In this document: positions 1 through 11,967 of the stretch, piece by piece
Numbering within the stretch: position 1 is the first letter of the stretch
How the letters are laid out: each line of letters starts with the position of its first letter
Assembly: GCA_904063045.1 (NCBI GenBank)
Contig: CAJFCJ010000003.1
Location: forward strand, 682,001 to 746,000
Direction: 5' to 3'
Source of the DNA: Dimorphilus gyrociliatus
Lineage: Eukaryota; Animalia; Annelida
DNA: 64,000 bases
Notes under the pieces: generated by a model
What the model saw: the letters and a program-made list of their open reading frames with translations, nothing else
The model's database searches: none
What the model was told of the DNA's origin: nothing
Made by a program: the position numbers and the translations under genes

Positions 1-532
1 CTTTAGCCAGGCCCTTTCACAAACAAGATCATACTGCAGAGCAAAGTCCAGAAATAAGAAAAAAATTAATGAAATCAATATAAACATTTAGAAATATGAA
101 GCGAATATTTTTGCTTATATTTAGAAAGAATACAATATCAAAAGAGATAGAGAGAAGAGCAAAATGATGATGATAAAATCAAACCTTAGTTGCTACTGTC
201 TCGTCGAAATCCTCCTTGCTGTAAGTCCAACTGTCACAGGTCAATATTTTACTTGTTGCATTCCTATAATGTGCTACCACTCTACATTGCTCCCTCGTAA
301 CATTGACGACATCCTCATCCAAAGTTCCGTTGTAATTGCAAACATGTTCTGGGGTATAAGCAGTCCAAACAATACTCATCATATTAAATAAGGCTGATAA
401 TTCACAGAACATAATATACACTTGAAAGCATTTCTGATAAAACCCATATTCTCCTGTTAACTCGAAGAAACGATCTACCGTCACTTTTTCAAAAGTATTC
501 GATTTAAGATTCCCGTTTTCAGGTTCTTTCAT
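1..532 (-). CDS. SLC22/organic cation transporter-like MFS protein, 5' part (exons 532-185 and 33-<1; continues beyond the window start)
   Basis: Exon 1 has the SLC22 N-terminal pattern (D..FELTGEYGFYQ, TM1, TPEHVC, N-glycosylated loop, CDSWTYS..TVATK). Donor AAG|GTTTGA at 185/184, acceptor CTGCAG|TAT at 34/33. The join gives TVATK-YDLVCERAWLK, the family W/F/Y-DLVC motif. Confidence 0.9.
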
Positions 533-3500
533 CTTATTTCCTCTTCAAACTTCTATTTGATGATTATAATTAGTAAATTAATATAAAAACTTCAATTTAT
601 ATGTATATTTATACATTTGCATACGTTTGTTTTAAATATTCAGTATGCTACCAGTGTACCAGTAAATAGAATGAATAAATATTTATCAATCTATCGTTAT
701 ATAAATGGTATATGTATTATGCTTCTGAATTGAATTGTCTTCAATACGTTGTATAGTCTATTTTGTCATCAAAAAGTTCACACTCTACTATACCGCCACC
801 TATTTTGTAAAAGCTTTCAAGCTCGTTTCTCTCTTTTCTTATACACGTGCAAAAAATCTTAAAGAATTTTAGTGCGTAAGAATTAGCTTTTACACACGAT
901 TCTTTAACTAGATGGCACTATAATACTTTTTACATAAAACATTATAAATTATTAATAAGAGAATAAAATATGAACGGGGAAGAGGAGCAAGGGAGAGAAG
1001 GAAGGAAAAGATGAGTAGAACCTCTAAGCGAAGTAAAACAAGTGAAATAGAACGTATGCATAGAGGAGATCATTAGTGTTTTTATTCTACTTCTTTCATA
1101 GATAGAATGATTAAAGATATTTGAAAATTAAAAGGATAAAATTCTCTTCCTTTTCCGTTTTCTCTAAAAAGAGAAAGTAGAGCGAATGATATAATTTTCT
1201 GAATTTATACGATGATTAGAGGACCTAGTTCTTCTTCCTTCCTTTCCATTCCTTTTCTTTTTGATTGTATTTTTTTATGCTATTGTAAAGTATTACTTTC
1301 TATAACCATTCAAGTTATTGTTTTTCTAGTAAACAAATGCAAATAACGTAATGTTAAATAATAATAATAATAATAGTAAATAAAAATATAACAAACTGTT
1401 AACATACGCAACGACTTTTAGTGATTTATCAATAATACAAAAATCACCGTTCAGTATCAAGGGAAATAAAAGATTACTGAAAAATAATCTTTCTGATCTC
1501 AACCGTCCAGTGAGGGAAAAAAAGCAGAAGAGAGTTTGGACTGTAACTAACCCTTCTCTGCCCTCTTATTCTTAAAATAAAATAGGAAAAATGCGACGTT
1601 AATATATATACAAAGACTTGAGAGTGTGAAGGAAAAAGAAGAATGGGAAGAATAAGATGACAGTAAGAAAGGAATGAATGAATGATGGAAAACTAAGAAA
1701 GAGAGCTTTTATTTTAATAATAATAAAAGAAAACTATATAAACTGTCCAACTTAATTGAGATGCTGAAAACTATGACTATTGGCTCTTTTCGCAATTGAA
1801 TGTTATATTTCCGCAGTTTTAGTGATTTAGTTATACATTTCGCCAAAAACTGTTAGCTGTTTTGTATAAATGATGTCTTTTTTAGATCAAATATTTTAAC
1901 CAACGACGCCATCTGTCGCGTTCGATTTGAAAGACAAGGGATGAAATGAGAAGGCTGCTGGCATTTGGAAGAGCACTAATCGACGATAATCAGCTAGGGT
2001 AAGAGGATTTTTTTAACTTGAAACTAATTTTAGGATTATATACGACTAGTGATGTTATCGGACAATTTACCTTAATGACGTAATTAAGGTGTAGTTGGTT
2101 ATTATTAGTAACAAATATAATAGAAATATCTTTTTATTCATGGCAACTATAATATATCAATGATATGTACTGAATAAAAGCATAAAACTAAATCTTTCTA
2201 GCTTTTAGTCCTAATAGAAAGTTATTAGGAAGAGAAACAAGATAATTATTAATTAGAGAATATTATCAGTTGTGTTTAGTATAAAAATATTATTTATGTT
2301 AAACACGTCTATCGTGTCAAAGTAAAATTTATTTAATTATTCGTTAACGACTTCAATTGTCTGCGGCAATTTTCCTAGAGTTGACATTAAAAATCTATAT
2401 TAATTACCGTTAGATAGATACTTGAATTAAATATAAAAAATATAGTTATCTTTAAATCCTGTACTGCTTATCATTTTCTTCATACTCTATCGTATATAGG
2501 TATGATATACATAGGCTTACAAACTATTTCTCACCCTCTAATACAATTGAATTAATTAGCTATGGTACTTTTCTTTTCGTTCTGCGTCTTTCTTTGCATA
2601 GAGAAAATTTGTTCATTGCTTCTTGTTTATATTCTGAATTATTTACGAATTAGTTCAAGGAAAAAATCAAATGGGGTTCACAGCAAACTTAATGAAAATA
2701 AAAGGGCATGATGTGTGTGAGGGGTTTTTTTTACAGCTTTTATTTATATATGTATATTGTAAATGACGAATGGAAAAGAGAGAGAGAGGTAAGGTGGGGG
2801 AGAGGGGGAGACGGCCAGAGAAAATGGAAGAGAGCATATATAAATAGAGAAACTGTAGTGGTTGGGTTTCATCTATAACTGCAGGGTTGTTTCTTTCATA
2901 CCAATCAGTCAATTTTGCTTAGAGGAACAAGTTTTTGATTGGAAATAATCTAGAAAGGTTTGCATGCTTTTGCTAATTCGAGAGTGCAGCGCATTAATAT
3001 CCATATAATGGCTAATTAGTCAGATTAAGTTAAATGAAACCATAAAAAAGAAAGATAGATAGAGGGAATATACTCTACTATAAAATGGAAAAGTATGTAT
3101 GGCTTTTGAAAACAGGAAGCAAATGAGATTACTTAATAAGAATGTATAATAATAAAGAAAAAAGGGAAAGGACTAATACATCAAATTGGTGAAAAAGAGA
3201 ACGCAAAAAACAAAAGTTTATAGGCTAAAAATGCCATTTAAGAGTCACTTCATCAAGAGAGGAACGAAAAAAGGAAAAGCTATATGACCAATTAATTTTC
3301 TTATGTAATAAAGCAATAAAAGGATAAAAAGAATGAAAGGGAATAATAGAGAGGAAGCAGGTGGCACTAAAGTATTTTTACTTTTTTTAATATTATAAAT
3401 TGAATGGGGTGATTAATTTTTCTGACGATTCTCTTTCTCTCTCTCTCTCTCTCTCCCAGCTCCGCCTCCCCCTTTCAATTTTCAATTTAACAATTGTATT

Positions 3501-4184
3501 GTTACATTTAGCTGTATTATTATTGTATTATGTATTATATTATTTTTAACTTAAACTTTCGAATAAAGTTGAAAATTGATAAGAGGGAATGAATATTCAT
3601 TCTTCCGGCACTTACCCGTTCATTAGTCATAATTATTTCAATTACTCTCGAGACTAAGAGGTTATATGCTAGTCGCTCTTTTACTCAGACTTTTCGCACC
3701 AAATCGATAAGTTTGTAATTAAATTGATTCCTTTTTCTCCAGACTTTTCCAAACTCAATTTTCTACACTAGGCAATCAACGAGCCGCATAAAATCGATGA
3801 CGAACGAAAACACGTGCAATACTCAAGAAAAATTATCATAAATCAATCAAGAAATTCATAACTAATTGACGGATATTTCCATACATGATAACTCAATAAT
3901 TTATATATATATATATATAAATATTATAAGGTAACTAACTATATTCATACAAGTAGATATATACGTATGTATATAAATAAACGTTCGTGGCGACGCATCG
4001 TGACGATTTCAAACTCAAATCTTGGAAGCTTAGAGTTGAGAAAATAATGGAATTATAGACGTTCACTTATTCTGTGACGGAAGACTCATTTAGGGGAAAG
4101 AATTGTTTTTTCTTTCTTTCTCACCCCTCACGTATAGTTTACAAGGAAAGTGTTTGTCAAGAGAAAGGGGATCATGAAAGTGTA

Positions 4185-4710
4185 ATGAGTTTTAACGATC
4201 CACTCAAATTTACGATCGTTTCCATTCTACTGGTTTATTCTTGTAGTGCCGAGTGTAAATTTGATGGCTGGATGAATTGCTTGAAATTGGAAATTAATGG
4301 AAAAGCTCTATCGGAATTAGTTATTGCTGGAACACATGATAGCGTTTGTTTTAAAAAATCTACTGGATTGTTGGATTGGTCAACAGTACATGATGGAAAT
4401 TTAAAGTGATAATCAACCTTTTTAACCATTAATTTTATCCTTAATAAGTACTAAACCGAAAGAAAGAGAAACGAGGGAGAAAGTTACTTTTTTTTTTTAC
4501 ACTTAATTTATTTATAGTTTCTTAAACCGATGTGACCTTGAACATAGGGGACAAAGTTATAGGTATAAAATATAATGCTTTATGCTGCAGCTATCGATCT
4601 TGGAAACAAATTAACTATTAATCATTCTTTATTAATAGCAGATTGAAAGAGTCATAAATCCGTGATAATGTTAGGATCCTTGGGTAAAATAGTGAAAGAG
4701 ACAGAGGAAA

Positions 4711-4791
<81 letters not shown>

Positions 4792-7056
4792 GAGATTGAA
4801 ACAGAAATCCACAAATATGTATTATTTCGCTATGATATATAAAAGAGATTATAAACCATACGTATAATAATAAATTTGATTTATTTCCATAGTTGCTTAA
4901 TCTGAAAAATTTTCTCTCCAAATCTTTCCTTTTTAAATTTCCTATTTATAAAATATAAATAAGGTTTGGGATTTTATTTTAGGCAATTAAGAAGCGAGGG
5001 AGAAGAAATTTCCCTTTCTTTATTCTTACTATTTCTTAAGAATGAATAGGGCTATTTATCATACATAAGTATCGTACAATTCATTCTATGTCACCATAAA
5101 CTCTTTTCTCTTTTAATAATATACATAGAGCAAGCAATATGTATTATGAAAAACGGACGATGCGAATGGATCTTCTTATTATTACCTTCTTGAAATACAG
5201 TCTATTCCAGATATATTTGTATAGTTATTCAGGCGTGATAGCGTGTAAACCGTACGAAATAATGATTTGACAGAGATTCATTTCCTACTGTATAGAGTAA
5301 TTTTAAAGTTTATTCTTGTTTGTTTCGATATAAAGTTGAGATATACATATACTGTACATGTCTTAAGTGGACTTTGCTGTCTATTTTACCCTTCAATCTA
5401 ACCTATATCTTTAATATATTAGTATATTGAATAGTTAACACAATACCCTACTGTCTTTTATATAATATATTACACATTATTAAGTCCCTCAAGTAGATTA
5501 CTTAATTAGATTCTCTCCCAGCCCTCTTTCTCAATATTCTCGGACTTTTACCCATCAAATAATTCACATAACCTTTCCCTTCTAAAATCCCTAACGACTT
5601 AACCCATTCCTTTTTGGTTAACTCTTTTTTTTCTTTTTAAATTTAAATCTTAGAAGCAGTGTTGTTCACCTTGTATTAAAATAAGATTTACTGCTTCTCT
5701 GTTATGTATCAGTATGTATTAGGATACTCTCTGAATCTTATTGCTTTATCTCCTACAACCTTATTTTTACCCCTTAAGAAATCTATTCTGTATGTAGCCT
5801 CTTCTTTTTCCCTACTCTCCATTTTGCTGTCCATTTCTGTCTCGCTCTCTCACTGTCATTTTTATCCTATATGATATTGCTTCAACTATTTGAAGTCTCA
5901 ATTACAGCTACACCTCTCTATTATTATAAACATGTTTACAAATTTAAGTTGGTATATGTGATTCTACTATTCTATTTAGTTATTTTTAGAAGATATTTTT
6001 GGTAAAAATAATTAGCGTAGAAAGCATTAAAAGAAAGAGTTTTTGGTAAAGAAGAAATCAATTACATTCCGTCCTAATCAATTTTTATGCTCTAAGCAAG
6101 CAGGTGGCTATCCTCTTTTCATTCGATGACAAAAATATATAAAAACTATTACATATGCTATATATATATATATATGTCAAGGGTTTATATTCTATGTATG
6201 CTATCAAGTAAAATTTGTTGCTCTCTCCCTAATGTCACGTGATTGAAGCATTCTTTCCACTTGGGTATTTGTATAAGAGTGATAAAATAATGATACATAG
6301 TATAAATATACATGTATGTATGTGAGTAGATATGCAATATAAATATATAAATATATATGTAAACATATGGATACGTAGAGATAGAGATAGATAGATAGAG
6401 AGAGAGAGATGAAAAATTTTTATCAATATCTAATTTAAAATTAAATTATTCAAGAAATGTTATTTTTCAATTTAAACTTAACAATGTTTATTAATCTGAT
6501 AAAGTACCTCTTTAAAACTTATTCAAGGAAGATTATCATTTTGAAAAGGGAACAATTTGATGCTGGTTTCCGTTACTTTCACGTTGCCTTAACAGAAAAC
6601 CTTCAAATTGACTGCTACGGAAAGATAATTTTTACTTTGGATAAATTTCTGCTAGAAATCACCAATTTGACAAGGTCGGAGTTAATTTTGGTTGAATTAC
6701 AGATCATTGATAATCGGCATCGAACGTTAAATGTAATACGTGAGCTCGTTGCAAAGCGGCTAACTAACGGCTGCTTCTATTCTCAGAGCACGCAAACTGT
6801 TGCTGATCTACTGCAAAGCGGTTGCAATATTTTAGTTCTATTGAACGACGATAGTATATTAAGGTTAGAGCCATCTGATGATCCTGAACAGCTTTTTCTA
6901 TCAGTATCAAAGGGATTAATTGGAAGAAATGTCGGAATGTTAACAGTAGTCCATGCATACATAAATCCTCCTAAATATGCAGTATTTGGCGTGATATTTA
7001 CTGGATTTTTTAAAGGAAATTTTCTATTTTCAGCCATGTTCCCAAATAGAAACTAA
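4185..7056 (+). CDS. Secreted PI-PLC X-domain (PLCXD)-like protein, catalytically degenerate (exons 4185-4405, 6549-7056; ~242 aa)
   Basis: Signal-peptide-like MSFNDPLKFTIVSILLVYSCSA, then WM..L, LSELVIAGTHDS and DWSTVHD. A phase-2 join AA|gtgata...aaag|G gives GNLKEQFDAGFRYF, matching the PLCXD EQL.AGIRYFD motif. The AAAG acceptor is weak but keeps the frame. Confidence 0.75.
4713..4794. repeat. Compound microsatellite (AG)n + (ACAG)n
   Basis: Read directly; in the PLCXD-like intron. Confidence 0.95.
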
Positions 7057-7653
7057 ACACATGTAAATCAAATAGAGAGTGAAGATATATATATAAAGAA
7101 AAGCCTAAAGACTAGAGGAAAGATTTAGGAAGATATTAGATAATCTATAAGTTGTACAAGCTTGTCATTCTTATTTTTATCAATAAGAGTTAGGCACGTA
7201 GATATTATTAATATAAATATTCGAAAGACCGGTTTAAATGCCAGGGTAAAGTAACAAGCAAAAATAGAAGCATTTGTTGTATGGATTGGATAACCCTGAC
7301 TAACTCTGTAAGGGATAAATCTCTTATATTAAATGTATAATTCTACAAGGGAGGCAGATTTCTCTTTCTCCTTTTTAAATATATAGCATTCTCATAATAA
7401 TACCCTTTATATTATATCTTTGAAGTTGATATTGAAAATTTTAGAAAGGATGAGGCGATTTCCACCTTTTTAGACAATTTTATTACTCTCTCTTTTTATA
7501 TTTCTATATTTAGATAGAAATGAGGCATCTATTTTTCGAGAACTGGCTTTTAAAAGAAATTTTCCTTAAAAAGTGATTTTATACTTGACAATTAGCTTAG
7601 TAGCCTACCGCAAAGGTTTACGGTTCAAGCCCTCTTTTTGCTGCTGCCCAAGG

Positions 7654-9038
7654 ATGCTGACACTTAAGCGACATTGCATCGCTCTTTTAGCAACACTATG
7701 CTGCCTTTATGTGCTGTATTACGCAATATTTTTACTTCAATTACTTGGTGGATGGAATACTGCCTTCTCGTACGCTCTAGAACATTGCCAAGTTGTAAAT
7801 GAGCTGGGAAAATCATTTCAATCTGAATATGGATCAATTTTTACAATTTATTCTACTGTACAGCACAGTGGGGTCAATTCAATGATAAAACACTGGACAA
7901 GATCAAAATATCGCCCCAACATCTTTCTCGTCCATCATTTCCGGACTAGTGACGCCGCTAGCGTTGCGATATTGGCGAATGACGGCAGATTGATTCGCAG
8001 TTTGACGCTCGCCTTCCAGGGAAGCCCTACATATTTTGGTATGATGTTTTACGATAACGAATAATCCTTTATCAGGCTGTTAAACATTTGTAGAAAAATT
8101 CATATTTAAAGGGTTCTATTATTAAATGGGAAGGGAGAAATGGGAAATTGCTAAGAAATCTTTAAACCTAGTTAATAAGATAAACAACTAATTAAATAAG
8201 GTAGGCCTATTAAGTAAACTTATAAATTTTTATTGTATATAATTAAAATAAGAAAGAAATTAGCTTACTTAGAAAATTGTATAAGGTTCGTATAATGTAA
8301 AAGGACGAATTTTTTCGTTTAAAGATTAAAAGAAATCGAAACAGCTTGATAACATATAATTTACAAAATTGCTCTAAAATTGATAGTATAGTCTTTCAAT
8401 AAGAAAGATGAATTAGAATGCAACGAACCTGTTTCCTTATAAGGATCTTATTTCCTTTAAAAACTTATTTAACATATCTAGCTCCTTATAAACTACTCAA
8501 CAAAATAATCAATTAAATAACTATATTTAAGAAGGAGGTTCTACAATTCGTCCAAATGAATTGGTTTAGGAGATAATCTTTTACTAATAGACAGAAGGAA
8601 TGTATTAAATTTTTTTCGGTTTTAGCCTACAATTGCCCTACAACGGATGTTGCATACGTGGTTGTTTCAAAAGATGAAAACAAGGTTGTTGCTTCAGCCT
8701 TACTTAACGAGGGAGGATCAGTTGACATAAACGAGAACCAGTACCCTATGGATGCTGTCCTATTTGTTTACGTATCTACTAAAAATGGTGTTTGGAGGCA
8801 GTTATTTAGTGGAAATGTTCAAAAGTTAATTGAATCGGAGGAAGATTTATACATAAGATCAACAGAAGCGCAATCGGGCAGTGGATACGCCTACATTTCG
8901 AAAGAATACGATACATACGCCATCTCTTGTTCAGTTTTACCGAAACACAACAGTGTATTAAATTCTACTAGATGGAGCTGGACACCAAACTTTAGCATAA
9001 AAGTTCAAAAAGCATCAAAATTTCCTTTAAAATTTTAA
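7654..9038 (+). CDS. Uncharacterised type II membrane protein (exons 7654-8038, 8626-9038; ~265 aa); start may lie further upstream
   Basis: Two long ORFs joined in phase 1 by G|GTATGA (8039) and TTTTAG|CC (8625), giving ...GSPTYF-A-YNCPTTDVAYVVV... One N-terminal hydrophobic segment (IALLATLCCLYVLYYAIFLLQLL). No family recognised. Confidence 0.65.
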
Positions 9039-9272
9039 TAAAACTACAAAAAAAAGTTAATAAAGGATATAAAAATACTTAAAATAAATAAATGTTAAGG
9101 TTTTCTGTTATCAACTTTTTTATCAAAATATGAAGTTTTTAATTTACTTAAACTACACAAAGAAACACTTAAACCTTATTGTAACTAGCGAAGCTAATAA
9201 AAAGAGTCCTTTGTTTAGTATATCTTCAAAAAAAAGAAAATTTAAAAATTAAAGCCATTTAGCTAATCTATG

Positions 9273-11967
9273 TCAAGCAGTTTTCTCATGAAGCCAATAG
9301 GTTTTCATATCTCCTTTACCCTGAAAGCGATATTAGAATAGTGTAAGAAAGAATTCATTTAGTGAATTGTTAATAAAAGATGTGTTAGAGGGAAAAAAAG
9401 GTAAAGGAAATAAAGGGATAGATGGATAAAATATACTAATATATATAGAATGTCTTGGAAACGGAATCCGAAGGAACAAATGAACTTGTATTAGTTATAA
9501 GTTTCTTTGGTTTTGTTAATCGAAAAAAGAAGAAAATCGTATAATACCTTAAAGTACAATGCAAAGATACTCAAGTAAGATCTCTTTTTTGGGAATTTAA
9601 ATATGAGAAGCAATTGTTGTACTAATGAACTTCTACTAGTGATTCATTATAAAATAGTCTACTAATGGACTCAATGAAGAGAGAATTTCCATATTATACT
9701 TAACTAAATACTTATACAGATAGATTGATTAATGTTGGCAGAAAGAATGTAATAATAAACGAAAGCTATTGTTCGAAAGTCCAGTTAGGTGATTTTAGGC
9801 TAAACAAAAACTAAAAGTTACCTTAATTGGGATAAGTCCTCTATAGACCATTTGGAAATTTCCAGTAGGCCTTAAAAGGCTATAAGTCGACTGGCTAATA
9901 TGAACCTTCAACGGTTCCCCGCTACTTTCCATTCTTGATGCTGTATTTACAGTATCACCAAATCTAAAAAAAGAATCACATTATATATTTTAATTTGAGG
10001 TCTAATGTTTAAATTGAATTTGCTTACAGACAGTATCTAGGCATCTTGTTTCCAACAACCTTGCAAAAAAACATAATTTACATTCATAAATATTCATAAA
10101 ATTGGACGTAAACGATATGTGTATAAAAATATTAAGTTATACCCCTGCTGCACATGGTCCACTATGTAATCCAATTCTTAGTTTTAGAGTTTCATCAGGC
10201 AAATGAGGAATTGAGAAATTTTCTACAGACTTTAATAGTTTTAAAGCCATATTTGCAATTTCTACTGCGTGATGCTCAATTTTTTTTGGTATTCCACTAA
10301 CGACCATATAAGCATCACCAATTGTTTCAACTTTATAGACATTGAACGAATCGATGCAAGAATCGAATAAGCCGTACAATGAATTTAATAGATCAATAAT
10401 TTCATTTGGTGAACTTTTAGCGCTTAAAGTTGTAAATGAGACAATATCGCTGAAATAAATGCTAACGCAATCGTAAAATTCAGCGTGTACTTTTCTTTGC
10501 TGCTTTAAAAGTTCAGCAACAGACTTTGGTAACATTTGATACAATAATTTATCGGCTCTATTCTTCTCCTCCTCGACTTCGTGAGTTTTCTTTGAAACGT
10601 GAAGGGCGTATCGTACCACCTTAGTTGTCATAGAGCTAACGCAGGAGACGTACCTATAAGAGTTCAATTGATTAAAATGAGATTTTGTGTGTCTGATTGC
10701 ATTTTCCAAATACAAACCATAAGGATAGAATAACACAAGCTGTCGTAACTGCAATCATTATTCCTATATTAAGTTTTAACGAATTAGAAGCTTCTTCATC
10801 CAGTATTTCTAGTGATCCTAGAATAGCATCGCCTACTTTTTGCCTTGTTAGATCGATATTTGAAATAAATATGGACATGTTGGAATACCTATTTTCAATA
10901 GCATTGTTTATTTACTGATTTATTATGTTTAAATGCTATTTAAATATCAGACCAATATTTTCGGTTCATTTCTCTCATATTTATAGATGACATTTTGCAC
11001 ATTTCCAAATGATGACTATGCTCTACTGCCATTGACATTTTCATTATTGATTCTCTAGCCTCCATTGGTAAAGTTTTTAATAATATCGACACTTCCTATT
11101 CAAATATATAAAAAAAAATAATTAATGGCGAAAAATGAATACAAGATATTTTCTGAAAGATTAGCGGTATGATCTAACCTCGTATGAGACACTAGCTAAA
11201 TTTAGGTAAGTCTCTCCAGTAGCTGATTCCGATATGTACCAATGTTTTCGCATCATTTCTATTGAACAGGGTAGAAAATACGTAAATCCAAGAGACATCT
11301 TTAATTGAATAGCTGATGCTGCTCTTTCAAGAGCCATAAAAGCAACCATTTTGCTCCAAATGTCCTCTTTTGAAGGCAACACCAGATGAAAAGCCCCACT
11401 GTCCATAATGCTTTTATGAAATGTATAATACAGAGTCAAAACCTTTTCAAAGTTGCTATTTTCCGGTCCCGAATCCCCAAAGTCTTTTATGTGAGATCTC
11501 ATTTGCTTTAAATGATCTTTAATTTCTGATAAAGTAGCTAAAATTGTATCTGCTTCCACTCTAAGTAAACCATAATTATAAAATTCATTTAAAGCTCCAT
11601 CTGTCTTTTCAGTGTAGTTATTAAATATAGAGTAGAAAGACGATCTCTCTGAATGAAATTCACTTAATAATATACCGGCCAGTAATCCTTCTTCTCTACA
11701 GTTAACAGCGAATTTGGCAGCTAGAAGAGCATCTTTCATTTTGCTAAAACCTGATGAAATCTCTCTCTTTTGATTTACACTGGCCTTCAATTGTAATCCG
11801 CACATTATAAGGAGGACAGTAACAGGTGCAAACAGTACCATTAGCATCCTAAAAATTTGTTTAGTTTTACCTCCTTGATCCTTTACAATACTATGCATAT
11901 CTAACTCTGGTTCAACAACCGCAGAGCTCAATTTTAAAGAGTTTTTGAAAGATACTTTAAGAGACAT
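9273..11967 (-). CDS. NIT-domain membrane guanylyl cyclase (NIT-GC); 7 exons: 11967-11179, 11095-10953, 10888-10718, 10653-10143, 10059-10028, 9963-9822, 9320-9273; 611 aa
   Basis: All six introns are GT-AG and phase-consistent (1836 nt). Architecture: TM1, helical NIT-like region ([11 protein letters not shown] ~ QRERGLSAGYL; KTDGAL; W..MVAFMAL; YWYSNMS..I), TM2, coiled coil [14 protein letters not shown], class III cyclase ([48 protein letters not shown]). The Glu/Cys specificity pair indicates GTP as substrate. Confidence 0.9.

Noticed and set aside
164-391. Antisense or alternate-frame ORFs overlapping real exons (164+, 4235-, 6764-, 6783-, 10697+, 17153-, 19640-, 41957-, 42018-, 46703-, 46870-, 47656-, 50371+, 58081-, 62456+)
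   Set aside because: They are shadows of the true coding frame and have no motifs of their own.
4618-4921. ORFs with SLSLSL, YIYIYI or CVCV runs (also 6235, 14017, 14388, 17532, 26055, 26453, 34653, 37767, 38237, 43418)
   Set aside because: They are translations of microsatellites.
7519-7615. ATG 7520 as first exon of the orphan membrane protein
   Set aside because: It would need a 28-43 bp intron, shorter than the other introns I traced here. Otherwise it is an 18-codon uORF.
7770-7830. FSYALEHC..V.ELG resembling Coa1/Tim21-type motifs
   Set aside because: The similarity is too short and vague to name a family.
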